NCBI GenBank assembly: GCA_964016885.1
Contig: OZ024757.1
Span: 11,160,001-11,224,000, forward strand
Direction: 5' to 3'
DNA from: Eledone cirrhosa
Lineage: Eukaryota
DNA: 64,000 bases
The position numbers were made by a program, and so were the translations under genes. This document shows, in pieces, positions 24,044 through 38,012 of the stretch. The stretch's first letter is position 1; each line of letters opens with the position of its first letter. Under the pieces are notes generated by a model. That model was not told the DNA's origin. It ran no database searches and was given only the letters and a program-made list of their open reading frames with translations.

Positions 24044-24383
24044 GTGGAGGCACATGGCTTAGTGGTTAGAGCATTGGCCTTGCAATCAAAAGGTTGTGAG
24101 TTCAATTCTCAGACCGTGTGATGTGTTATTTCCTTGAGCAAGACAATTTATTTCACATTGCTCCAGTTTACTCAGCTGTAGAAATGAGATGATAGGGACT
24201 GGGGTTCATATCATTCCACAGTAAAGTGGCCGTGGAGGTGCCACGGCAAAAAAGCACCCAGCACTCACTGTAAATGAGGTTGGTGTTAGGAAGGGCATCC
24301 AGCTGTAGAAATCAAGCCAGAATCAGTTCAGTCCCACCTTTGCAAGCAGGGAAAAGTGGACGTAAAATGATGATGATGATAAT
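24044..24383 (+). mobile_element. Full-length SINE: tRNA head + core + RTE-derived tail, with TSD
   Basis: TSD GATATGCACA at 24034-24043 and 24384-24393. The 3' part matches RTE 3' UTRs and ends in (GAT)n. An empty site is visible in unit 4 near 50745. Confidence 0.85.
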
Positions 24384-25505
24384 GATATGCACATACTTAT
24401 ATACAAACATATACATGGACACAAATTTCTACACACATACATTCACATATATATAATGTATGTCAATTCTGAACAATACAGTTTTGTCAGCACAAGTCTT
24501 GGTTACAACTTCTACAAATGAAATGAAAGAAGAAGAATTTCTTAGTAAAACAGTTTTATTCAAAATATTAACAACATTGGTGGCACAATTTTAGGTGAGT
24601 GACATGGTTTTTATCTTGTCTGATTGTGTTTGTGTTGCATCAAGTAGCCTTTACAAGAGAATTATTTACCACAGACACCACAGTGATATGGTTCCTCTCC
24701 TGTATATGTTAGTGTGTAGGGAAGCCACAACATTTAGAGAAGGATTTATCACAATGATATGGTTCCTCTCCTGTATATATTAGTGTGTCGGGAAGCCACA
24801 ACATTTAGAGAATTATTTACCACAGACATCACAGTGATATAGTTCCTCTCTTGTATATGTTAGTGTGCAGGGAAGCCACAATATATAGAGAATTATTTAC
24901 CACAGACATCACAGTGATATGGTTCCTCTCCTGTATGTTAGTGTGTAGTGAAGCCACAACATTTAGAGAATTATTTACCACAGACATCACAGTGATATAG
25001 TTCCTCTCCTGTATATTAGTGTCTAGTGAAACCACAACATTTAGATAATGATTTATCACAGACATCACACTGATATGGTTCCTCTCCTGTATGTTAGTGT
25101 TTAGTGAAATCAAAATTAGAAAAAGATTTACATGGGCTGAGGTGGTAAGGGCATACCTCTGAAGCTCACGGTGTAGATAACAAAGGACCGTGACAAGTGG
25201 AGAGATGCTTTGCTGTATAGGACCCATCCCACCCTTGAAAGCAGGGAAAAGTGGACGTAAAATGATGATGATGTTGATGATGATGATATGTTTTCCCTCA
25301 TCTATGCATATATTTAGTTAAATTGCTGCATTAAAAGATATATTTTCCAAACATATCAAAGTGATATGGCTCCCACCTGTATATGTTTGTGTGAAGTTAA
25401 TGTAGCATTGAAAGATAATGATTTACCATAGAAATTACACTGATATATATTTGTATTATCATTAATTCAAAAATTTTGAGAGGATTTATCACTGATGTCA
25501 ATGCA

Positions 25506-26612
25506 TTAAGATTTCTCCTCTGCATGTATGAGTTTGTGAGTAGTTAGGCTACTTTTCCCAGAGAGTGATATACCACAGATATCACAGTGATATGGCTTGT
25601 CTCCTGTATGGGTACGTTTGTGGCTAGTTAAGTTACTACTTTGAGAGAATGATTTACCACAGATATCACAGTGGTTTGGTTTGTCTCCTGTATGTGTACG
25701 TTTGTGGCTAGTTAAGGCACTACTTTGAGAGAATGATTTACCACAGATATCACAGTGGTATGGTTTGTCTCCTGTATGGGTATGTTTGTGTCTAGTTAAG
25801 TTACTACTATCAGAGAATGATTAATCACAGATATCACAGTGATATGGCTTGTCTCCTGTATGGGTACGGTTGTGGCTAGTTAAGGAACTACTCTCAGAGA
25901 ATGATTTACCACAGATATCACAGCGATATGGCTTGTCTCCTGTATGTATACGTTTGTGTGAAGTTAAGTGACTACTTCGAGAGAATGATTTACCACAGAT
26001 ATCACAGTGATATGACTTGTCTCCTGTATGTATACCTTTGTGGCTAGTTAAGGCGATACTTTCAGAGAATGATTTACCACAGATATCACAGTGATATGGC
26101 TTGTCTACTGTATGTATATGTTTGTGTCTAGTTAAGTGACTACTTTGAGAGAATGATTTACCACAGATGTCACAGTGGTATGGCTTGTCTCCTGTATGGG
26201 TACGTAAGTGTTTAGTTAATGCATCACTTCGAGGGAATGTTTTACCACAGATATCACAGTGATATGGCCTCTCACCTGTATGTAAATGGTTGTGAGTAGT
26301 TAAGGTACTACTTTTAGTGAATGATTTACCACAGATCTCACAGTGATATGGCTTCTCACCTGTATGTAAATGGTTGTGACTAGTTAGGCTACTTTTCCCA
26401 TGGAATGATTTAGCACAGATATTACAGTGATATGGTTTGTATCCTGTATGTATAACTTTGTGAGTAGTTAAGGTACTACGTATATTGAATGATTTACCAC
26501 AGATATTGCAGTGATATGGTTTCTCTTCTCCAACCTTTGTCATCTCAACAGGAATACTAAACATTTTCTATTGTGTTTCACATTTAACCTTTTCACTCAA
26601 TTTATTTTCCAT
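25506..26612 (-). pseudogene. C2H2 ZNF gene 2, 12 fingers, two in-frame stops
   Basis: Colinear with gene 1. TCG>TAG at codon 15 and TAA in finger 9 (25821-25823), no frameshift. A 247 aa, 8-finger ORF from ATG 26564 remains possible. Confidence 0.8.
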
Positions 26613-29600
26613 AATAATTTCATCTCCAACAGAATAGACTTGTAATATTTTTTACATTATATTCCTAAAAAATATATCTTCTATATTTCCCTCAACTGTG
26701 ATTTCAGTTAATAGTCTTCAAATGATGATAAATAGAGGTGATGTATCCGAGATTGAAAATAATAATTTATCCCAATGTCATCTGGTATTCTGAAATAAGA
26801 AAGAAACAGTATGAGATAATACAGAATACTTAAGAAGCAGAGATAGATTTAACAGTGGAAATTGTATATTTCTATATTGGTAAACTGTAGATATCAACTT
26901 TCCTGTCCAGAGTAATTCTCTCCAATGCAAACAGTGGTATTCCAGCATGCTCTATAAATGTTATCCTTCTATCACTAGAGAAGTCTGCTCTATGGCAGTT
27001 TAGTGAAACATTCATTCTGATAGGACTCTCTAATATAGCAATCATCTCCTCTCCTGGTGACATGTCAACACCAGTTTAACTTCCATCTCTTTATTAGTAG
27101 GAGTCAATTGTTCCTCTACATCTTTTTCTTACTTCTTTTCTATCTTTCTCTGGGAGAAATCGGCTGTGTTTAGACCAGGAATTACGAGTCTATATGAATC
27201 CATACAATATCTGATTTGACTTGAAGTTTTATTCAGATCTCAATTGTGTTCAAACGAGAGAGGTGATGGGCTCGATCAGGTTTTAAAATATGCCCGAGAA
27301 ATACTGTATGTCACATAGAGTACCCCTACCACTCCACCAGTGTTTCATTTGTTGAGGACTAGATCTGGGTTAGCCAGCCAAGTATCAGTAGAAGGGAAAA
27401 CAGGGCCCTGATCCCCTCAGAAAAATCGCCTTGCTCTGTGTGCTAGAAAGGTGTAGGTAGAAATTCCATTATCTGTCCAAAATACAAACAATGGGTACAC
27501 AAGAGATGTAGTGGGATCTCAGGTAGGTAAGCTAAGAATATAGGTTTTACATGAGGCCAGTGCACAGGAGCAGTAAGCAGCAAACATTCACAGGAAGCAA
27601 CGATTGACTTTCGTCAAATCAGACCGATTTCCTATTGCTAATACTATCTGTCGGTTATAACTCCAGGTAGGAGGAGCAATGTGAAATTAAATGTCTTCCT
27701 CAAGGACATAACACATCACCCGGTCAGTGAATCAAACTCACAACCTCACGATTGTGAATCCAATTCTCTAACCACTCAGCCACACGCCTTAACAGGAAAC
27801 AAGCTCTAACAAACTGTTGGAGGGTCACATAGAAGAGGTAGACAGCTTCTGTTACCTGGGTGATGATATCATCAGTGGAAGTGGCTGTTCTGAAAGTAGA
27901 GCAGCATGAGCGAACATGGAATGGAAAAGGTTCAGGATGCTACTACCATGGCAACTTACTAAAGGCTTTTTCCTCAAAACAAAGGGCAGGTTGAATAACG
28001 CGTGTATACGAACAGTTTAACACACACACACATATATATATATATATAATTGTCTGTATATGTATATATATATATACATTAAGACAATGTCACTGGACCG
28101 AGATCTTTGGCGCTACTCAGTAATACAGAAGATCCGCCTTGCCTATGTACAAAGCGAAACCTACAGTCAGTAGGCACCTCTTAACCAAATATACATCCCC
28201 ATCCCACTATCCAACCCCCACTCCCATCAACACCACCCTATCTCTGTAAAGTTATGTTGGTACCACAACATCCAGTCCTAAATATATGAGGTCGTGTAGG
28301 TGTCACGACAAAAAAAACACACAGTCCACGCTGTAATGTGGCCGTGAAGGTAACATGTTAAAAACCTCCAAGTCCACACTGTAAATGTGGTTGGTGTTAG
28401 GAAGGATATCCAGCCATGGAAAACCTGCCATCTAGTCCTTTACAAGTGAGACACGGTCACCCAACCAATCTTGCCTCAATTGGGACAATTCCCATCTAAA
28501 CCCATGCTAGCGTGGAAGGTAGACGTTAAACGATGATGATGATCATGACAAGCAATATATATAATCTAAATAGAATGGTATAATGAAAGCATATAATGTA
28601 GGTACAGCAGTATTCTCATAAATTGCTACAAAGGTAAAGGGGATGCTCTAGAGAGGAGCAATTATAGGGGCATAAAGCTGATGGATCAGGTTATGAAAGT
28701 GGCAGAGAGAATATTAGCGCAGCTGATTAGAGAAATGAGATGCAGTTTGGTTTTGTGCCTCGGAAACGTTCAACAGAAGCCCTCTTCTTAGTGAGGCAAC
28801 TACAAGAGAGGTTCTTAGAGAAGAATAAGTTTCTATACTTAGCTTTTGTTATGGTACGCCGATCTGTCATCTGGTGGTCCCTAAGGAAACTAGGTGTAGA
28901 GGAATGGCTTGTAGAGGAATGGAGTTTAGTGAGGAATTCCAGATACAAGTAGGTGTACATCAAGGTTTGGTCCTCAGCCCACTCTTGTTCATTATAGGCC
29001 TCCAAGCCATAACAGAGGAGTTTAAGACTGGATGCCCATGGGAACTTCTCTATGCTGATGATCTGTTTCTTATAGCAGAATCAGTAGAGGAGCTAGAGAA
29101 TAAATTCTGGCTATGGAAACAGCAGTTGGAATCAAGAGGCCTGAGTGTGAACATAGCTTAAACAAAAGTGTTGATAAGTAGAAAAGAGGACAAAACTCTG
29201 ATTCCATCAGGGAAATGTACGCAATGCAGATGTTGGGTACACAAGAGATGTAGTGGGATAGCAGGCAAACTAACAGGTTGGGAGAACTATCTATGTAGTA
29301 GATGTACAGGGAAAGTTGGCAGTAGTAATCGCAGTGATAGACACATTTTTCAAATACAGGTGGGTTCTATAGATGTGGTTGATAGCTTCCGGTACCTAGG
29401 TGATCAGATTAGCATGGGAGGGGGGTTGTTCCGAGGCCATAGGATCTAAAATAAGGATGGCTTGGAAGAAGTTTAGGGAGCTGCTTTCTCTGTTGACAAA
29501 GAAGGGTTTCTCCCTGCATACGAAAGGACGGTTATATGATGCCTGTGTGAAATGTGCGATGCTGCATGGTAGTCAGACATGGGCAGCAACTGCAAAGGAT

Positions 29601-30610
29601 ATGTGACGGCTGGAGAGAAGCAAGCATGCTCCGTTGGATGTGCAATATCAATGTGTGTGAACGACCAATCATAGACGAGTTGAGAAAGAAACTGGGTATA
29701 AGAGGGATAGGTTGTGGTGTGCAGGAGAGAAGACTGAGATGGTATGGACATGTGACCACTGGGTAAAGAAGTGCCAAATAATCCCAGTAGTAGGAAGACG
29801 CATAAGAGGTAGACCATGTAAAACATGGGCGCAGGTGGTGAGAGAAGACCTCAGATCGCTGAAACTCACCGAGGAGATGACAAGTGGAGAGATGCTGTGC
29901 TGAATAGGACTTGTCCCACCCTTGCAAGCAGGGAAAAACAGACTTAAAATGATGATGATATATATATATATATATACTAGTATTCAAGATAACATTGTTA
30001 GAACTCATTGCAGCCTTGAAGAGATGGTTTCAACAAGATTGGGTGATGAAAGTTATAGTTTTTGTAGTCGGATCTCATCACATTAGTTTCCTTCAAAGAT
30101 TCTTCTAGAGTTACAGTCATTTATATATATGTGTGTGTTTTGAACGATGAAAGTAAAACTAGAGACAAAGATATGTTCTTAATTAGTCCATTGTTTTACG
30201 ATCATTTCAGAGGTTTGATTGATCATGGTAGATTGATATATTAACAAACAGGTAGTTGTTATGTCACTAACTATTTCTAGTCTCAAAATACCTGATCAAT
30301 CACACCGTATCAATATATTGATTTACCATGATCAATCAACCCTCTGAAACGATTGTAAAACAATGAACCATATCTCAGACTTTTGTTTTATTTTCAATAT
30401 TCAAAATCCCGAAACACACATATATAATTGACAATTTATTTAGAATAATTGATAAGACTTGTGGCTAGAACAAAGTACCAGCCAGACAGAGGGTGACCTC
30501 GTGGTGAAACAGCACAGTCGATAGAGCTATTAACCCTGTAGCATTTACATTACTCTATATTTACTATTATATTTTCATGGTAAAGTCTTTATCTCACATA
30601 ATATTGAATC

Positions 30611-30719
30611 CGCCGGGGCTGTGGGTGGGGCCCACCGCGTACCAATACATTAGTTAAATACCATTCTTTCATCTGATACAACACAATAAAGACTAAAGTG
30701 TTTATATATATGAAAGAAG
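30611..30719 (+). mobile_element. 109 bp retroposed fragment with 10 bp TSD
   Basis: ATATTGAATC at 30601-30610 and 30720-30729. Single-copy empty site in units 1 (~16185) and 3 (~45069). Contains AATAAA. Confidence 0.75.
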
Positions 30720-33338
30720 ATATTGAATCTATGAGACTTTGATATTACTTATTTTGAGGACAATACATTAATATCAATATGAGCAGCGAGTTACAGCCGG
30801 TTTGAAACAGAAAGAAGTGAGAGAATTCTGGCTGAATATCGCCAGTTTAAATGCTAAAGGGTTAAAGACAAGTGACAGGCATGGAAAGACTGGAAAAATA
30901 GGGGTGTCAGACCAGGACCAGGTAGCTAAGAGAGAAGCTAGAAGACAGGTATACATAACACAGAGAGAGGCTGAAAAAAGAAAGTCTGCTAATGTCTTGA
31001 GACGTGAGAATCAGAGGTGTGAAGTGTTCCACATTGCAAGACAGGGAAAAGTGTGTTAGAAATGACACTGGTACACTTAGCACCACTGATGCACAAAAGA
31101 AAGAGGCCTACAAATGTTACTATGAGAGATTGATGAATGTAGAGAATAAATTAAGAAGCAATCTTAGACTTTTGTTTTATGTTCATTGTTCAACACATAC
31201 ACATATAATTGACATTCTCTTTGGAATTACTGATGAAACTTGTTAGTGACACAACTACAAGAGAGGTTCCTAGATCTAGAAAAGGCCTTTGGCAGAGTAC
31301 CTTACTCTGTTACCTGGTGGTCCTTCAGAAAATTAGGTGGAGAAAGGCTTGTGAGACCAGTGCAAGCCATGTACAGAGGAGCTGTCAGTAAAGTGAGAGT
31401 GGGAAGGGAGTTTAGTGAGGAATTCAATGTACAGGTTCATCATGGTTCAGTTCACAACCCACTGCTGTTCTTCATAGTTCTCCAGGCCATAACCACTGGG
31501 TTTAAGAGTGGCTGTTAACGGGAAACAGTCTAATGTGAATGATCTGGTCCTTATAGCTGAATCCATAAAAGAACTAGAGAATAAGTGACCCTACTGCGCA
31601 TGTAGGAAAGAAGTAGGCATAAACTGTACACAATGATAGCTTCCGCTATCTAGGTAACCTAATTAGCAGCGGAGGAGGGTGCTTCGTAAGAGAGGATACA
31701 ATTGAAGTTTAGAGAGCTACTTACACTTTTGGCAAATACAGGTTTCTCCCTACCTACAAAATGTTGGCTGTACAATGCTTGTGTGTAAAGTGCAATACTG
31801 CATGGAAGTGAAACATGGGCAGTAACTGCAGAAGACATGGATAAGCTGGAGAGAAATGGAGCAACCATGCTTCGTTGGATGTGCAACGTAAATGTGAGAG
31901 GAAGGCAGAGCTTGGATAAAATGAGGAAGAAATTGGTAATCACTGGTTAAAGAAGTGCACGGAAAACCAGAGAAGGGAAGCCATACTAGAGGGAGATGAG
32001 GGTAGATGTGGTGAGAGCTGATCTCAAATTGCTGAGACTCACAGATGACGAAGGAACAAACGAGTGGGGAGATGTTGTGCTTAAAAGGACACACCAACCC
32101 ATGCCAGAATTGAAAAACTGAAACAACAAGGTACAGCTAAATATAAAATATCTTTTATAATGTAAGGTAGTGAACCACATAATTAAATAGACGGAGGTAA
32201 TTTAAATAATAAAGACAGTCATAAAATAACAATATATTTTATATCACATGTAACAGTGGAATCCGGTTAATTACTGCATCGTTGTAGGTTCCACATAATT
32301 ATATTATTTACACACATTAATATAGACATTAAGTAAATCTTTGTCAACTTACCTCCTTCACATATAATCAATGTGTTGTGTTGTTGTTGTTACTAAACAA
32401 CCAAAGAAATAATCTCTTTGTTATCAAATTAGAAGTTTCAATGTGTGTGTATATATATGTATATATATATGTAATTGTTACGCAAGATGTAATTAGATTA
32501 AGAAGACAGCAGGTACTCGATGTCGTTGGAAATGATTTAAATCCCTTACCGGTGTCATTAGTTGAAAGTCCCTGGTATAATTTAATACATTCAGACAGTT
32601 CCAATCGTATTTAATCGATAGTAAATGAAAAGGTGTCACTCAGTAAAATATCAATTATATATCTACGTAGTGTCTCTGACTGCTAGAAATAGCAGTGAAA
32701 TTATCCATTACAGACTTTTCTTTCTTTAAACTCTTACGTTTAGTAGATGTTTGTGTTGAGAATGTGTGTATTTGTGTATTGTATGACGGAAGTCACCATT
32801 GAAGATGTTAAAAGCAATGTTGTGGAAAATAGCATCGTACGACTTTGTAATTGTTTATATATAATTTATTTACAGATTACAAAGGTTAGAAGAATGTCTC
32901 TTGAGAGGATAGTTAATGTTATCATTAAAAAGGTTATAAAGATTTAAAGACGTACGGTCAACTGGCTGAGGCGTTAGCCAGACCTGTAGAGATATCTGTT
33001 GCTACATATTGTCTATGCTTGAGGAACGAAAGCAAGAGATGTTTACCTTCACGGTGTCGATCTGCAAGAGAGAGAGTATCGAATCTCTGCGGGAATTTTT
33101 CCCTCTGGGCAGAAGTCGAGATATATTTTCCTACGCTGGTAGCGATTGGCTGAACTGAGCCAAACAACGCACAGAGAATGTATCCATGAGCCCTCGGAAT
33201 GTAGGTCACTACAATACCCCCTATTTAGTCTGCAAGACAATAGATAGGATTGAATCAGCAGGAAAAAGGCTTAAAGAGAGGACATCAATGGAAAAATTGA
33301 ACAAAAGAATGTATATATATATATATATACGTGTATAT

Positions 33339-33389
<51 letters not shown>

Positions 33390-33486
33390 CCCATACCAGC
33401 GTGCAAAGTGGACGTTAAGCGAGGATGATGATGATGATGATATATATATGTATATTTATATATGTATATATATATATATATATATG

Positions 33487-36400
33487 GAGGAGGTTATAGT
33501 TCACTTGAAGCATTGTGTAATGAGGTATAAACGTTTGAATATGTATAATAAAGCCAAAACAATGCAGGTATGGACATAGAAAAAAGAATGCAATTGCAAA
33601 AGATATTGTTGACAAATCGTCTTTTACCTTAGATTTATTTAAATGTCCTTAATTTTCGAGATAATATCTCTTCTTCAGAGGGAAATAAAGGTCTCAAACC
33701 AGCCTTCTAAATATCTTGCCAAGCCATACTGACAGGAAATAGTATACAGTATCTGTTCTATCTGTAATGTCAAAGAGTTAAAATTAGATGGAATTAGTTA
33801 CATACAAAAATTCTGCCTAAGAAAACTCATACAACACCTACACCGCACACTACAACATCACATACGGACTATTTCCAGCCTTGTACCACAACTCGCTGAA
33901 ACCCCAGAACCTCTGTCCAGAGTCATCTCCGCCACTATAGACAGGTCATACCACCATCGCCGAGACTACGAGAAAATACGTCTAACACAAAAATTTCTCA
34001 AACTCAGGACGGCCAACTGTCTTAACAACATCCCAACTCTAAACACCAACAGAGGCGAAGAAGACGGTACCAACACCAAACCTAGCGGCGCCCCGACCAA
34101 CAACACACCTGACGCAAAACACCTCGTCACAGACTTGACAGGATCCCTCTCCCGAGAGAAATTAGACCTCCTCAGCCTGGGTCCCAAGTTCATATTGAAA
34201 CAGAGACTGGACGACAAATTATGGCTCGACATAGAAACGAATTTCTGTCGGGCTGCCTACCAACTAAAATGGATATCGACTCTCGACAACAACACCACGG
34301 AATCCATCAAACCCAGATTCCCGATATACCAACTAGATCACCCACTCTGTCCACCGCCTGCCAACCGCGAGCTTGAAGAAAAACTCTCGAGACTAAAACA
34401 TTCCGTATTTAACATCTTACAGAAACAGAAGAAGATAGCCCCAAACCTCTCCAGGACACAACAACTCGCCCTGTAAAACCTACGGAATAGGGAACTTATA
34501 TACTTACCATCCGACAAAGGTAAAGAGTTTTGCGTCATCTCTCAAGCCACATACAATAACCTAGCCTTTGAACACCTAAGCGACAATGAATTATACACAG
34601 AGATCCCGGACATGACTGCAGCCCAGATAGAAAAACAGACCAACTCCATTTGATTCGATATCTGTAGGAGAAGACAACTCCCAAATAAAATTAAGCTCAA
34701 CTACACCACTAGAAATAGCAGACTGCCCACTTTCTACCACCTCATCAAGACCCACAAGAATAGTACTAAGACGCAAATAAGACCCATCGTCTCTAGCATA
34801 GAAGGACCCCTATACAAAATTTCCTGGCTCCTCTCCCAGGTCCTCAAGCCTCTACTCTCCACCTTTCCCGGGCATGTCAGTAGCTCCGACGAAGTTATAC
34901 GTAGACTACACCAACTCCAGCCAGAACAACTTAAACTAAATAAATATGCTTTTAGCCTAGATGTTGTCTCCCTCTACACTACAGTCCCCGCTCATCCAGC
35001 TGTCGATTTATTGACGGACTGCGTGGTCGCAGAGGACATCCACTGCTACGGCCTCCACCCGACGGACATACACTAGCTTTTGTCCTTCACAGTAGACAAC
35101 ACGTACTTCACCTTCCACCACCACACATACAGACAGACAACAGGATTACCCATGGGATCCAGCCTATCGGGCCTGCTGGCCATCACCTACATGAACCAGC
35201 TAGAATGCCGAGCCCTCAACACCTGCCATTCCCATGCCTTCTTCACCCGATATGTAGATGACATACTCATCCTTACATCATCCCGTGAGGAGGCAGATAA
35301 AATATACACAACATTCTCCAGCATGGACGCCAGTATAAAGTTCAGCATGGAACACCCCGATGACCGCGGATCCCTATCCCTACTGGACTTCCAACTCAGG
35401 GTAACAGAGGAAGGCAACATCCACACCTGCTTCTATAAAAAAGCTGCCAGCAGGGACCTGTTCGTACATTTCAGATCGGCCCTCCCACTCGGTGCCATGT
35501 TCGGATACATAAGGAACGAACTGGCACGTATCCGGAACAAATGCACCGACGCTAGAGACCGAGACACACACACCACACATTTCCTGGAAGTACTCAAACT
35601 GAACGGATACACGACATCCACCACAAACCGTGCCAGAAAGAACAGAGGACACCACACCCGAGGCACTAACACTTGCTTCCTGAAGCTCCCACACTTCAGT
35701 GAAGAAACAACAACAGCCATCCGCAGAGCCATCAGACGAGAGGGACTAGATATCCAACTGGCCCACTCAGGTCCTTCTCTACGCGGACAGCTAACCAAAA
35801 GACACTCCACCAGACATGACAACTGCTGCAGACTAGCCAACTGCTCCATCAACGACACAGACCTATGCCACCAGGCTTACGTCGTATACAGACTAGAGTG
35901 TGACAAATGCAACAACTTCTACGTAGGTAGCACCACCAGACCACTCCACATAAGAATAAAAGAACACCTCAATACTAACGCTTCCTCATTTAAGAAACAC
36001 CTAGTTAAATGCAAAAACACCGACAAAACCATAACAGTTAGGATAGAAACTAAGGAAAGAAACCCCGGCAATCTTAGAATTAAGGAAGCACTAATTATAG
36101 ATAAAACACAACCACCAATCAATAATAGACTAGAACTCAACACCCAATTTATAACCTGATAGGGCTTCTAGCCCCGTATTTACACCCCCCCCCCCACACA
36201 CACACACGCTTACACCTCCACTTATTCTCTCTCATACATACACACACAAAACCAGTTCTAACACCAGATAACACCTATCCCCCACATTTACGAATAGACT
36301 TATCTTCTCACACTCACACACACACACTCACATACTTACACCTTCATGCATTCTCCCACACACTTAAACAGGCATGTATATAAAAAAAATAAATAAAAAA

Positions 36401-36525
36401 GCCCCTAAACAAACCCCTTTTAAATAAATCTAAGGTAAAAGACGATTTGTCAACAATATCTTTTGCAATTGCATTCTTTTTTCTATGTCCATACCTGCTT
36501 TATTATACATATTCAAACGTTTATA
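33487..36525 (+). mobile_element. Penelope-like retroelement (RT + GIY-YIG endonuclease) with inverted terminal segment
   Basis: Single frame ~33733-36159: LLSLGPKF, LPSDKG, SLDVVSLYT, GLPMGS, RYVDD, VVY..C..C...YVGST.R...RIKEH. Three in-frame stops (34474, 34651, 35074). 33526-33643 is the reverse complement of ~36419-36525. Confidence 0.9.
33645..33682 (-). ncRNA. Minimal type I hammerhead ribozyme motif in the Penelope inverted pseudo-LTR
   Basis: CCT-CTGAAGA-A-GAGAT att ATCTC-GAAA-AT-TA-AGG. Stem I CCT/AGG, stem II 5 bp, palindromic AATT stem III, followed by AATAAA. Confidence 0.6.
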
Positions 36526-36560
36526 TATATATATATATATATATATGATATATATATATA

Positions 36561-37431
36561 CAGGGTGTGGAAGATATTTGGGCGTAATTTTCAACTGCTA
36601 ATTTTATGCAAATTTTTTTTACTTCCGTTGTCACTCTTGTCCTCATAAAAACAGTGACTATATTTCCATTATTTATTTTCAGAATAATTGATTATGAATA
36701 ATTTTGAACCTCCAAATTTGTGGAAGAGACACAGTTCTTCTTGGAATCAGCGCTGGGAGGACAAATAAGACCAGAATATCAACTCCCAGAACAACATGTG
36801 GCTCGCTGTCTCATCCAAAATGTGCCCAGAGTCGTGCAGACAAAGTTTCCAGCGACAACATTGGTCTTAGGTGTCGTCAGCAGTCAAGGTGACGTAATGC
36901 CACCTCACTTCTTCCCTGAGGGTCTCAAGCTGAACACCGATGGCTAAATTCACGTTCTGAGTGTGGTAGTAAAGCCCTGAATCAATCAGGTAGCTGCAGG
37001 TAGGCCGTACGTGTGGCAGCAAGACTCAGCGCCCTGCCATACCAGCCGAAAGATCCAAGCCTGGCTGACAGAGAACTTCATCGACCTCACCTCTCCTAAC
37101 ATCTGGCCTCCCAGCTAGCCTGACTGCAATCCTCTCTACTTCTTTGTGTGGGGCGCAGTGGAACGAGACACCAACAGATCTAGTTGCAATACAAAAGACG
37201 ATCTGAAGGCCAGGATCACAAGTGCCTTTAGGGGCCTAAGTCAGAGGACAGTGACGAAGGCCGGTTTCGAGGCCGTCATCAAAGCCAATGGCAGGGTTAT
37301 CAAGTGAGATTGAAAGAACAAGTCATGAAGACAAACTGACCCAAGTTTGATAAATAATTCTTAAAAAACAATACTACTGTGTTAATTTTTCCTAGACAGT
37401 AATCTTGCGAATAATTATCGTCCGCATCCTG
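36561..37431 (+). mobile_element. DD37D (maT-type) transposon remnant, copy 3
   Basis: TA|CAGGGTGTGG...CCGCATCCTG|TA. Retains an 18 bp segment deleted in copies 1 and 2. Confidence 0.85.
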
Positions 37432-37826
37432 TATATATACATATATAATATATGATATATATATATATATATTATATATATATATAATAATATACGTATA
37501 TATACATATATGTATATATATATATCATCATCATCACTGTTTTACGTCCATTCTTCTATGCTAGCATGGGTTAGACGGGTTGTACTGTTGTGGGCAGTGT
37601 CCGGTTGGCTGACCTTGTCTTGCTCATACGGGAACTGATTTTGGCTTGCTTTCTACAGCTGGATGCCCTTCCTAACACCAACCTCATTTACAATGAGTGC
37701 TGGGTACTTTTCTTCTGTGGTGCCTACATGTCCACTTTACAGAGTGGGTTGATATATATATAATATATATATATTATATATAATATATATATATAAAATA
37801 TATATACATATAATATAATATATATA

Positions 37827-38012
37827 TCTATATATCTAAAACAGAGAATGTCTGTCTGTCTGACTCCCTAAAACTCAAGAACCACCCAACCAATTGTTTT
37901 CAAACTTTACACATGTAATACTTATGGTCCTGTGAGTGTTAAGAGGAGAAAAATTTTCAATGCCCTAGGGTCCGCATTAGGTGATTTAGCGATCTCCGAG
38001 CCATTCTGCTAG
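37827..38012 (+). mobile_element. Uninterrupted mini-Helitron
   Basis: A|TC start, GTCTGTCTGTC subterminal repeat, CTAG|T end. Confidence 0.65.

Noticed and set aside
34651-34653. In-frame TGA in the Penelope ORF as possible selenocysteine (as in some Naiad PLEs)
   Set aside because: Context suggests TGG>TGA, it is accompanied by TAA and TAG stops, and no SECIS was recognised.
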